Under the pieces are notes generated by a model. That model made no database searches and was not told where the DNA came from. It saw only the letters and a program-made list of their open reading frames with translations. DNA of 64,000 nt from Guillardia theta CCMP2712 (taxonomy: Eukaryota; Protista; Cryptophyta), in contig NW_005434641.1 in NCBI RefSeq assembly GCF_000315625.1, positions 512,472 to 576,471 of the forward strand. Reading direction: 5' to 3'. Shown here in pieces: positions 11,701 to 22,426 of the stretch. The position numbers and the translations under genes are program-made. The first letter of the stretch is position 1. The number at the start of each line of letters is the position of its first letter.

Positions 11701-14275
11701 TTCCCCCGACAACAAGCTCTTGGTTGCTTCCGGCCCCGGCGGCGAGATCCAGCTCTACCGCTTCCCCTGCCTGCAGCACAGCAAGTGCAGCAGCGTCAAG
11801 TGCAGCAACGAGATCGCCTCCTGCATCAGGTTCGCTGCTCATGGTCAGTTCGCCTTGGCCTCTTTCCGGAACTCCCGCACCATCGCCCGGTTCCGCAAAG
11901 TTGTCCCGGTCCCAGCAGAGCTGGAGTGCTTCCTGATGCAGCAGCACGAGAGCAAGGGCTCGTCTGTCCTCCTGGGGGACCCAGGGGATGTGGAGGAGGT
12001 AGGGGCAGAGCTCCCAGAGGACAGGAACGTCACTGGCCTGACCTCCAAGAGCTTCAACAGCAGCGGCTTCGACGACTTCGACCCGTCGGAGCTGCAGAAA
12101 GCAGCTCGAATCACCGAGCTCAAGAGGAAGGGTATCCGGCCGCTGCACGTGCTGGGGGTCAAGGGCAGGAGGAAGGGCAACAGCGCGCACGTGACGAGCG
12201 CGGGAGAAGTGTTTTACAGCTCAGCCAACGTCGGGGTGATCCAGAGGTCGAAGAAGCAGCTCCTCCTCAATGGCCACGAGGGTCAGGTGGAGGCGGCTGC
12301 TGTCTCTGCGGACCGCAAGCTTCTCGCCACCAGCGACGACTCGCGCACAGGCAAGGTGCTGGTGTGGGAGGCGGCGTCGGCCATGGTCAAGGCAGAGCTC
12401 AAGGCGGAGCATGACGGCGGGTGTAGTCTGCTTGCCTTCTGTCCCCAGAGCAAGTACCTCGTCGGGATAGGAACGGACCTGGATCGCTCCATCTTCATAT
12501 GGGACCTCCAGTCGAAGTCCCTGGCCGCTGCCTCCCCCGGGCCCCCGACGTCCATCCTCTCCATGACGTGGCTGGCAGACGGGGATGTGCCCTTCCTGAT
12601 CACAGCAGGGGACAAGCACGTGAGCTGCTGGGCAGTGCAGGACAACTCGCTGTCAAGGGAGGAGCGGGTCCACTCGGTCCTGAACCGAACGATCCTGCAG
12701 CCGAGCACGATGAGACAGAGGCTGTCGCTGGTGCCCTCCCGGTCCTTGTGGAAGGAAGTGACAAGGCAGATGGTCTTCAGCGTCTGCCTGCTGGAGCCGA
12801 CGGGCCAGGACAAGTTCAACAACTGGATCACCGGGCTGCAGGACGGAGGAGTGTGTCGGTGGGAGAGGAGGAGGGGCCGGGAGCATGGGGACTCGTGCGT
12901 GAGGAGGTACTTCCGCAACCTCCACGATGGCCCTGTGACGCAGCTGGTGAAGTTGAAGCAGCACTTGGCCAGCTGCTCCTGGGATGGGAAGGTCAAACTT
13001 TACGAGCCCTCGTCCTTCCTCAAAGACTACTCGGTGGTGAAGGAGATAAACGTCAACGGGATCATGCAGGGGGTCAAGGGGTACCGCCTGGGAACGTATG
13101 TCAAACTGATTGGAATGGACGTGGTTGTCAACGCCGAGCTCAAGGTCATTCGTTTCTTGTTGAAGACGCATGCGAACGAGGTCTTGGACCTGTCGGCCGA
13201 TCAGAGCTCGTTTGAGGTGCAGTCCAAGGTGACGGTCACTGAAGGGCACTCGAGCTCTTCGATCCTCGCCCTGTCCACGCACTCGTGCTTCGATGTGTTC
13301 GCTACCGGAGGCGATGATGGAGTGATCAAGCTGTGGGATATCGGGACCCGTCAGTGCTTCTGCGCCACGAGCGTGAGGATGGTGGAGGAGGGGCTGGACG
13401 GGGCTATTACAAGCCTGTGCTGGCGGGGATCGCTGGCGGGGAAGCGGCAGGCTGACTTCTCCATCTCGAACATCCAAGGGGACGAGGTAGCTGTTGGCAT
13501 GAGGACGGGGAGCCTGCTGATCGCGAGGTTCGACTCCGAGCTTGTCCAGCTGACGCGAGTCGCGCATGTCAAGTTCGACTCGGCCATTTCAGCCGTCAAG
13601 TTTGACCCCTCGGGGACGTACGTGGCAGTGGGGCTGCAAGACGGTTCGATCCGCCTGGTCCTGTCCGACGGCAAGTACCCTGTGGTAGGTCAGTGCGACG
13701 GCCACACTTGCGCTGCCGCCAGCATCGACTGGAGTGAGGACGGGGAGTACCTGGCGACTAGCAGCCAGACAGGAGAGCTCTTCTTCTGGGACATGAGGCT
13801 CAGGAGCAGCCGACCAACAGGAGGTGTACAGCAGTTCCGTCACGTCGACATCCCGATCAAACTCTACAGCAAGCGGTGGGCCTCGTTCACCAGCCTCCTC
13901 GGCTGGCCCATGGCAGGTCTCAGCCACCTAGCCGGCCGGGTGACGTCGGTCGATCGGTATGTGATAGACAGAGACAAGGCTCTTGCGCTCGTTGCCGTCA
14001 GTGACAAGTCCGGGAGGGTCAGCGTGTACCCGTACCCGTACCCCGAGGACATTCTCTCCTCCGCCAACTCTTACGAGGTCCTGGAGGCGCTTCACTCATC
14101 CCCAGTGACGGCCGTGCGCTTCACGAACTCTGGGAGGTATCTGGTGTCTGTCGGAGGAGACGACCTCTCAATCATGATATGGCAAGTCATGGATATCGGC
14201 GAGGATGAAGACAGCTCCAAGCAGCCGCAGTTCAAGAGCAGCTCCCACCCAGAGGACGAGGAAGACGATCTGTGA
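2538..14275 (+). CDS. Giant EML5/6-like microtubule-associated WD40 protein: N-terminal coiled coil + four HELP/TAPE repeats (~3,500 aa)
   Basis: Exons approx. 2538-2622, 2852-2911, 2960-3381, 3435-4001, 4111-5153, 5406-5866, 6139-11208, 11344-14275 with GT-AG junctions. HELP-like motifs LSLKLVHGYNG, LTLERVHGFLG, LELDYIHGCH, IRPLHVLGVKG. EML C-terminal motifs WSQWSSGIGWEVEGI, WATTSCPLTW, WSSSSCSLSWSATGI, WASFTSLLGWPMAGL. Confidence 0.9.
8665..8765 (+). repeat. (GCAGGA)n microsatellite, in frame (Gly-Ala tract) inside the EML gene
   Basis: About 16 hexamer units within ORF 6041-11212. Confidence 0.9.
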
Positions 14276-14289
14276 ACGGAAGCCTCAAC

Positions 14290-14720
14290 TAGAGGCTGCT
14301 GGCCCGAGCCACTCAGGCGCGGCCGCTGTCAGTGACAGAGTAACGCCGGCGTCCGAGCGAAGGATGATCGGCCCGGATCATTTCTGTGACGGTCACCGCC
14401 GGAGGCTCAGTGTAAATAGTTAGCACAAGTTCATGTTTTTAGCCCAGTATAAAATGTTGTCAGTGTTCTATTGACATCCTCAGTAAGCGTCCGGGGGCCC
14501 GCGGCCGCCGGGGCGGCGATCACTGCGATCGCCAGACGATTCCGTGACAACTCGGAGGCCCGGTCCGGTCCGTCCGGCGCCCCCGGGTCATCGGCCGCCG
14601 CCCGGCCGGGAGCTAGGCACTGAGATAGCACTGGGCCGGGCTTGCCACGGCCACTGGCCGCGCTCAGGCCTCAGGCCGGAGCAGTGGCGCGGCCGCGCGG
14701 CCGGGTGGTGACGGTTGGGT
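14290..14720. promoter_or_regulatory. CCGG/GGCC-rich island
   Basis: Same composition and short palindromes as 2040-2470. Confidence 0.45.
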
Positions 14721-14864
14721 CGTAGGGGAGATGTGGGCTCAAAAATTGAGATAGAAAGAGCTGATAGGTAAAGAAGGGGTCGTTTTGTCCCTTCATTGGA
14801 GGGGTACTGGAATGTTAGAGGTAGTTGTAGTAGGGGTAGGGGTAAGTCGGGTAGCACAGAGTTG

Positions 14865-15230
14865 CACCCCACCAGGAAAACCCTCCACTAGCTCCTCATG
14901 TTTCTAAGTACCCCCATTATTCTGAACAAATTACGCAAAATGATACCCCTACTTTATTAACCCCACCTACCCATTTCCGATTTTTCTGTCTCGCACCCCT
15001 ACTGATCGGGTTATGTACAACTCAATTCTGCCCCACCCTACCCCCTAAATCGAACCACGAACTATTGCCAATCACCGACCTCTCACGAGTCGGTACTAGC
15101 CTCAGATTACATTACCCCCGGTAGACTGTACCCTACCCACTATTTCCCAGCAAAATAACTAGGAAATAGCTACCCTGAACCCCATTAGATAGTATCACCA
15201 CCCCTTAAGAATTGACACCACCCCAGCATA
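14865..15230 (+). promoter_or_regulatory. ACCC/TACCC-motif array upstream of the RING gene
   Basis: Repeated taccc/caccc/aaccc words every few tens of bp on +. The opposite orientation (gggt/gggg) occurs at 14720-14860. Confidence 0.45.
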
Positions 15231-15695
15231 TCCCTTGTGATCGCCAACCCTTCCCGCATCCTCCTCCACCAGTGCGAATTTTATCCCTTCCCTTACAGTC
15301 ACCGTACCCACGAACTCAGCTGCGCCTCCCTTGCTGCCTTCATCGCCTCCACCGTCACCACTGTCTCCTCCTCCTCATCATCATCCTTTTCCTCCTTGCT
15401 TCTTCTTGGCATGTTCTGGTCTCTGCTTCGGCCTCGATCCTCACATGTTCGCTGCTCCTTGCTTTCAAGCTGCTCGGTTACTTTTCGCCTCCTGCCTCCT
15501 GCCTCCTGCCTCCTGTCTCACCTGCCTCCTGCCTCCTGCCTTGTCCTGATTTCAGTTGCGTTTCTCCTTTGTTGTCCGTTCATCCCACTTTATGCCCTTC
15601 AAACTCTGTGTCTTCCTCACCATGCTTTGAGATTTTTTTTCTTTTCTTCTCTGCATCTTTCTCGTCTTAGTTGTTTGTTAGATTCGAAGAAGCCA

Positions 15696-16365
15696 ATGGA
15701 GATTTTTGCTGAAGGAGAAGTATTATCCAGAGGTCTAGAACAACCGTCAAGCATCCGACCGAAAGAACAAGTACTTCGTTTACAAACGCCGACGCTTCGA
15801 TGACAAGCCTGCAGCAGACCATCGTTATTGTGGAAGACGACGATGTATGCGTGGAAGCGACGGATGATACGGTAGGGATCAGCTTCAGTGGAAGCAGCAC
15901 TGATTCATTCGACAGCGCAATGCCCGAGATCTATCAAGACGCGTGAGAAGAAAGAGGAAACGAGGATTGATAGACATCGATGCATTACCGATGGAGCTTG
16001 GAAGTTCTCAAGTTGTCGATCTTACCAGCGATGACAACGTCAGAGCCAACGTAGCAACATCATCGCAGTCTAGTGTTCCGCCCTCCCCTGCTAAGCGAGA
16101 GGCGTCGACAGCAGGGGCTTCAGACGGGCCTGTTGTTGACAAAGACTCGTGTCCGATCTGTATGGAGAAGTTCAAATCTAAGGTTGCGACTAAGTGCGGG
16201 CACCTATTCTGTAACAAGTGCATTCGGAAATGGATATCAGAAGTTCACAGTGGACGGAAGTACGTCTCCTTCACCTGCTTCTTCTCTCAAGCTCACCTTT
16301 CCTCTAGGTGTCCTAAGTGTCGAAAGCGCGTCGGTGTGTCGGACTTGAGGCCAATCTATGAATGA
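15696..16365 (+). CDS. RNF4-like SUMO-targeted RING E3 ligase, spliced
   Basis: SIM-like motifs TIVIVEDDD, LIDID and VVDLTSDD. C-terminal C3HC4 RING CPIC...CGHLFCNKC...|CPKCRK...LRPIYE*, with an intron at approx. 16260-16307. Confidence 0.8.
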
Positions 16366-16475
16366 ACTTCTTGATTGGAGTTGACGGAAGTTGGTTGATT
16401 GTCAGATGACATGTACAGAAGATTCTTCGTTTCTTGGTAGGCTGCTTCAGTTGTTTCACTGCCATGATGGAGAGG

Positions 16476-16678
16476 ACAAATCAAGTGCTGCTCCATCAAA
16501 ATCAAGGATGCAAACTTGCTATCATTTGGTATAGCAACGCGATCTCTCACCGATCACGCAAGGTCTCACATTCAGGATCATACGCATGAAACAAATCAAG
16601 TGCTGCTCCATCAAAATCAAGCATGCAAACTTGCTATCATTTGGTAGAGCAATGCGATCTCTCGCCAAACACGCAAGG
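16476..16678. repeat. Two ~88-bp direct repeats, period 115 bp
   Basis: ACAAATCAAGTGCTGCTCCATCAAAATCAAG...CACGCAAGG at 16476-16563 and 16591-16678, with a few substitutions. Confidence 0.9.
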
Positions 16679-17714
16679 AAATGTATATTCGTGTGAGTGA
16701 TGTCATAAACTGCTCATGAAACGACATGCTTGGTGTTGATTCAGCAGACGTTCTCCGTTTATTCTTTTTATCCTGCATTACACAGTGATGCCGAAATCAG
16801 CTAGAAACAAATGATCTGCGTCGAGAAACTGGGCAAGCGGCTTGATTTTTTGCAAGAGCGGCCAATCTTTTGAGAATTTCTACTTCCCAACGTACCACAT
16901 CTCATCGTTATCCTTTCATGTATTTCTCAAGTTCAATTCGTTGGTTAACATGGACGTTGCGACATTCGCTGCACAAGACAAGGAGAACCCCTTCCCCCTT
17001 GGAACCCTGTGCTGCATTGAAAGCTGGTGCTTGGTAAACAAGCACTTGCTGCAACTGCTATTCCTACTATGGCCAACAGATCCTGAATTCTGCGATTATA
17101 CAGTGTAGATTACAGAGGAAAGAGTTAACAACGGACATATGATGCGATCAGAGCAATGGTGTAGGCTATGATGTGTTTCAATTCGAAGGCATCAGAATGA
17201 TGATAGCATGTCAAGCAACGATTGCGTCGCAACATCATCTGTAGAGGAAGACGATGAGGGTTCGAAACAAGCCTTGAGCTTTGAATCGAGAATGGGCTTC
17301 ACAGTGACTTAGTTCAAGGAAGAAGGTTTTCAAAGTGGTTTTGTTTATTGCAGTCGTGTCGGCCCTTTGAATTTCATCGCACAAACTAGCAGAGCACAAC
17401 ATGAAGCTCAAAACTCGTGCGAAATTGTCACAAGAATCCGAGATTCGACTGCACTATCTCTGATACCTCCTCGCACTTGCATTGAGTCAGGGAAATCGCA
17501 CAATAAAAGGATCTAAACCTAACGACACCCTGACGAGGCTCTCATTGACAAAAGATTTCACACTTAGAACTAAAACGCTTTCTCATTTGCTCAATGCGTT
17601 TCTGAAGATAACGCTGAAGGCAATGCTACGTTCATCAGATCAACATCACCACGAAACACAGTCATGAAGCTGCCTTCTCCGCGTCCTTCACGTTTCTCGT
17701 CTCTGGATAATTCT

Positions 17715-17780
17715 AATTGAGTCAATTGAGCTAATTGAGCTGACTGAGCTGACTGAGCTGACTGAGCTGACTGAGCTCAG
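17715..17780. repeat. 9-bp tandem repeat (GCTGACTGA)n with degenerate AATTGAGCT copies
   Basis: Visible directly in the sequence. Confidence 0.85.
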
Positions 17781-18079
17781 CCATGATGCTCTCTTTCCGC
17801 AACAGATAGTTTCCTGGTAATTCAGTGCACACATCTACAACTTCTTGCTTCTCGAAATCAAGTCACCCGACAATGTAGGCAAACAAGGTTGCCAACACAT
17901 TAAAACACCAGGATGTTGCAGGTACATTACGGTGATGGCAGTTATCTTTGCTAAGGTAGTATACAAGCTTCTCCTTCTCCCCCTCCCCCTCCTCCTCCTT
18001 CTCACGCAGCTGCCCATTCCCCTGCCCCTGTTCGTACAGTTCGCATTTGCTTTTCGAAAACTCTCCTTTTGGAGACCTT

Positions 18080-19450
18080 TAACCCGGAGGCCAAGGGGTC
18101 AACCCCTACCTAAATTCATTAAGTGACCCCCTACCCTTTATGCTACTTTTGTACCCCCACCCACAAATTTCCAGTCCATTTCTTTGCTTTTCATTGGATT
18201 CCGATGTACCCTACCCATGTATTTCCTTTTTGAGACTACCCACCCTAGTGGATGGTCGTTTACAAACGACCATATAAAGTTCTCAGAACCATTTTACTAC
18301 AATGCACCCCTACCCTCAAAGAGCTCCTGCAACTAATTGTGCCTGATCAAAAGGTGGTAGTTCGAGGTATCTACAAGGGGTACTTTTTCACCCACCCCCT
18401 GATATCCTATCCAATTTTTTGAATTTTTGATAAATTTCCCGAGGCTATAAAAACAATTTTAAAAGAGGCTACCGTCCTGTACCTCCAGCAACGGTTCCGT
18501 TCGAGGGTTACCTGCAGGGTAAAGGTAACAATCTTAGACTACCGGTACATCTCTGTGTAAAATAACCATAAAGTATATGGTGGGTAGTCACGGATCCTGC
18601 CGGTTGCGGGGTGGGGGTGGGGGATCTGATCGTCTGCTCCTGCTCCTCCATCTCCACCCCCAAACCCCACCTGCTCGTGGACGACCGGACCCCCACCCCC
18701 CTAAAAAAGCAGTAAAACGAAACGAATGGAATGGCTTCTTGAGCACACTACCACCTTTCGTCTGTATCCCTCTTTCTCTACTGCATGACATAGGTTCATA
18801 TGGAAAATATCCTTTGTCTCTATTAGACTTTTACCTACCTTGAGCCTTTCAGATTTTCATTCGTCATCCATTCGAGAGTTGGGTCTGTTTTTTTGGTCAC
18901 ACGTGTATGGAATCTCCACCCCACCCCCTTTGCATCCCGTCGGACAGCACGTCTCAATACCCTACCTCCAATGCACCCTACCCTCGACTTCCTCAATTAA
19001 ACACCCTTACCCCAATAAAGTCTTCATGTACCCCTGTGTACATATAAGATTTATTATATGAAGAACCCGTATCTTCGACTTTTGTCGACAGGAGCTTTGA
19101 CCCCCCACCCCCTCCAAAGATCGGACCCCACCCCCAATATATGGGTTCTCCGCAAACTCGAAGAAAAACTTCCATCGTGGTTTGACCGGACTGCAGCGTG
19201 TACCCCTTTCCACCCCATCCCGCCACTCAAGGCTACCCCACCCCTTTCCCTTAAGTCCCTTCCTTTTTCAACTTTAGCAGGGCTTTGTACCTGAACCCCT
19301 TCAACTGGAGTTTACCCCATTCCCACTACCCCCATTTCAAACTAATTTAGTACCGGTTCAAATACTACCCACCAGGACTAAAAAAGAACCCTACCCCCAT
19401 AATCTCCATAAGATTTTTGTTGATCCACCCCACCCCCTAAGTTCCCACCC
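18080..19450 (+). promoter_or_regulatory. Long ACCC/TACCC-motif array upstream of the pseudokinase gene
   Basis: Dozens of taccc/caccc/acccc words, mostly on +, with no credible ORF. Confidence 0.45.
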
Positions 19451-19894
19451 TTTATATTCCCTTCCTGGTAGCTTCCCGCCCCTCAGCCTCCTCCTCCCTT
19501 CCTTCCCGTCCCCTTCTGCTTGGGTGGTTTCGTGCAGGAACCCCGCCTACCCTTGCTCCAGCTTTCATCTCTTTCTCTTCCATCCCGAATAATCTCCTCT
19601 TCTCAGCAGCCCCTGGCCTTAGTTCTTTGTATGCTTCCCCGATCCCAGGAAAACGCACGAGTTCGGATCTTTGTGAGGTTTTCAGAATTTGTTCGTATGC
19701 TCAACCACGACTGTTGTCAAGGCTGAGGATTGAACACCTGTGATAACTTTACCCTGTTGAATATTGGCATCAAAGGAATTCCCAAGGTTGAACCGAGACT
19801 GACTGTCGTTTTGAGGAGTTCTGTTAGCTTCGACTACATTTACGGAGGGCTTTTCTCTGGTTGATTTTTTTTGAGGCATCCAAGGCAAATCAAG

Positions 19895-20752
19895 ATGAAA
19901 GATCGCCTGTTTCTGGATGAACTGGTTGATGGCAGCCCATTTACACACCCGGAGGTTGCAATTTTGACCCAGTCCCTGCTGCTACTTCTGCAACCCCTTC
20001 ACGCGAGGCAGCAGTGTCACAAGCAGATTGGCCCTCACACTCTTTGGATTGAGGCCGATTGCGACGAGAGCGCAAACCTGCACCTTTGCGATCCCGGGGA
20101 GTGCCATCCATCCCACCGTCGCTGTGTCTGCCGTCCCCCAGGAAGCGACGATGAAGATCACGTGTGGAGCACGAGAGATGATGTATGGCAAGTGGGATAC
20201 ACAATGTTGCAGCTGCTGATGGGAAAGACCTGTCATCGCTGCATTGACACACCGAGATCATTGCTGGCAGACGATGGAGAACTTCCGATTCTTCCCGCTG
20301 GGTTGTCACTGGATTGTATTGACTTTCTCATGGACTGCCTCCATCCTGATCCATCGGAACGTCCTTCAGTGGGAGAGCTTTTGGATCATAGCTTTCTATC
20401 CTGCTCAGATGGTGGAATTGATGACGTGATGATTTCGATGAGCTCGATGCAGCTTCAGAATACAGAAAGAAAACCAGAAGGCCGCTGCAGGCCGCTTGCA
20501 GTCAAAGCATTGCGCTCAACGAAGCATGTGAAATTCGTTTCTCCTTCACATACGGCTCGATGCAGGGAATGTCTCAAATGCGATGTCGATGTGGAAGAAT
20601 TTCGAAGTAGCAAACTTTGTCTCTGCGCTTGCGACGGTTCGGATCTGTCGCCGAAGTCAGCTGCTCCTACCAAGCGTCAATCCTCTGGACATAACTGGGA
20701 CGAACCTGAAGTGCTAAAAAGAATTCGTTTGATGGATCAAAATCCAGTCTGA
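19895..20752 (+). CDS. Pseudokinase: degenerate protein-kinase C-lobe with no N-lobe
   Basis: DVWQVGYTMLQLLMG (subdomain IX) and DFLMDCLHPDPSERPSVGELLDHSFL (X-XI). Catalytic loop degenerate (HKQIGPHTL); DFG replaced by DPG. Confidence 0.7.
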   Translation: MKDRLFLDELVDGSPFTHPEVAILTQSLLLLLQPLHARQQCHKQIGPHTLWIEADCDESANLHLCDPGECHPSHRRCVCRPPGSDDEDHVWSTRDDVWQVGYTMLQLLMGKTCHRCIDTPRSLLADDGELPILPAGLSLDCIDFLMDCLHPDPSERPSVGELLDHSFLSCSDGGIDDVMISMSSMQLQNTERKPEGRCRPLAVKALRSTKHVKFVSPSHTARCRECLKCDVDVEEFRSSKLCLCACDGSDLSPKSAAPTKRQSSGHNWDEPEVLKRIRLMDQNPV

Positions 20753-21184
20753 CGGGATTTGCATGCTGGATTGTTATTCGTTGATTGATTTTGGTTTTTT
20801 TCCAAGTTTTTCCTGTACTTGTACTTGGGAATCGCAAGCATTCCCTAATCTGTATCATTAGCTCATCTTCGATGGAAGTAAATAACTTGACATTGAAACA
20901 CTTGCGCACTTCTCTTCGAAGTCATCTCACCTCATCTCATTGTATGTTCTCACATGACGTCAGGGCTCAACTCGAACTTGTTTGCTTCCCAAATCACAAG
21001 TTCGTTACTACTTTCGCTTTCAAGCCTCCACTACCCCATTGACAGCACCCTACCCTACCTCCTCTCCGTGAAAGTACCCGTCATTTGCTATTGCAACAGC
21101 CAGCAAAAACCACCCCTACCCCAAATTAACCTGTAACCTACCCCTGACCCCCTGCCACTTTCTCCCATTTCACGGCTAGGAAGG

Positions 21185-21900
21185 ATGACGATGGTTGGAG
21201 GGCGGCGTCTTGGTATGGAGACTCATCAGCTCCGGGCATGGCTATCAGCAGGATTCCCCATGATCTTTCCTCCTCCCAGCCATGGTGAGGACCTTTGCCC
21301 GTGCGCGTTCCTTCTTGCTGTCCTCCTTAGGCTAGTAGAAGCGAACCAACGTGTAGTGGAGAGGCTACTGACATGTGGATGGGTTTGCAGACGAGCAATG
21401 GCGACAGCTGGGACTCTGGTCAATGATAGTTGCTGCTGGTGTTGGAGTGCTGTCGTTCCTTGTAGCACGCCGGAAGAGCTTTGGTACAGCCAAAAGAGAT
21501 GTATCGATGACCGTGCATGTTGCAGTGAACACAAACTGAAGCTTTGCTCTCTGACAGGACACAGACCACACAGCGATGAATGGAAAATCGAGCCAGCGTT
21601 CCGAGACGAACGAGGGCAGGGATGATGTGTTTGCGCAGGATGATAGACCCCAAGAGGAGTTTGACGACGACGAGTGGGAGGTGATGTATTTTCTCTTGAC
21701 ATTGTACAATGATCCATGCTGAGTTTGACATGACAGATCCCCGCATCTGCAAACTTAGGAGAATCTGATAGACAAAGACATGATGGAGGTAAATTCTCTC
21801 CTATGATTCGGAGTTTTTCTGATCCTTGGCATGTGTATTAAGCAGGATTGACGGCCTCTGTTGTGTTTGTTGACCAACAATGATTGTTTATTAGCTTCGG
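21185..21900 (+). CDS. Small multi-exon hypothetical protein
   Basis: Several GT..AG junctions flank acidic exons (DDRPQEEFDDDEWE); an ACCC array precedes it. Reading frame not resolved. Confidence 0.3.
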
Positions 21901-22426
21901 CATCAGCTTTGGCATTCAGTTTGCCTTCAAGACACTTCTCACACTGATGACGCCTTTCTTTGCGACATCAGATGCATGTCTTTTCTCCTTCTTTTCTCCT
22001 GTTTGTCATGAGATGTATAGCTACGGTACCATCGAGTTTGCGGCATTTTAAGCCTGTGTTTGAAAATGATTTCTGAGGAACAATGAGGTCCGGTGTTGTC
22101 TTGTGTTCATGCTACACACATGCGGGTCATGCCATATCGTAGCTCTCACCTTTCCTTCACCAGTTTGCGGATACCAACTGTCAATTCAGGTTTCACTGAC
22201 GGACCCAACTCAGTCGGTCAGGGAACATGTGACCCGCTCTCGGCACCAGGATCGGGCCGATGGCAAGTTAGAGTCAAAGTCGTCAGGTTTTCTTTCAGTC
22301 ATTTACTCGGGCAAGTCAAAGGCTCATAGTAGTCAGTCACTAGGCCCGAGGGGCCGCGTTGTAGCCTTCCAGGGTCACACATGCCCGCCTGTGGCGCTCG
22401 AGCGACTGACGGGAATCGTTGGGGAG

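Noticed and set aside
6041-14275. Many antisense and alternate-frame ORFs of 100-320 aa
   Set aside because: Shadows of the high-GC3 EML coding sequence.
16476-16678. Repeat-spacer-repeat as a CRISPR array
   Set aside because: Only two 88-bp copies, no cas genes, eukaryotic context.
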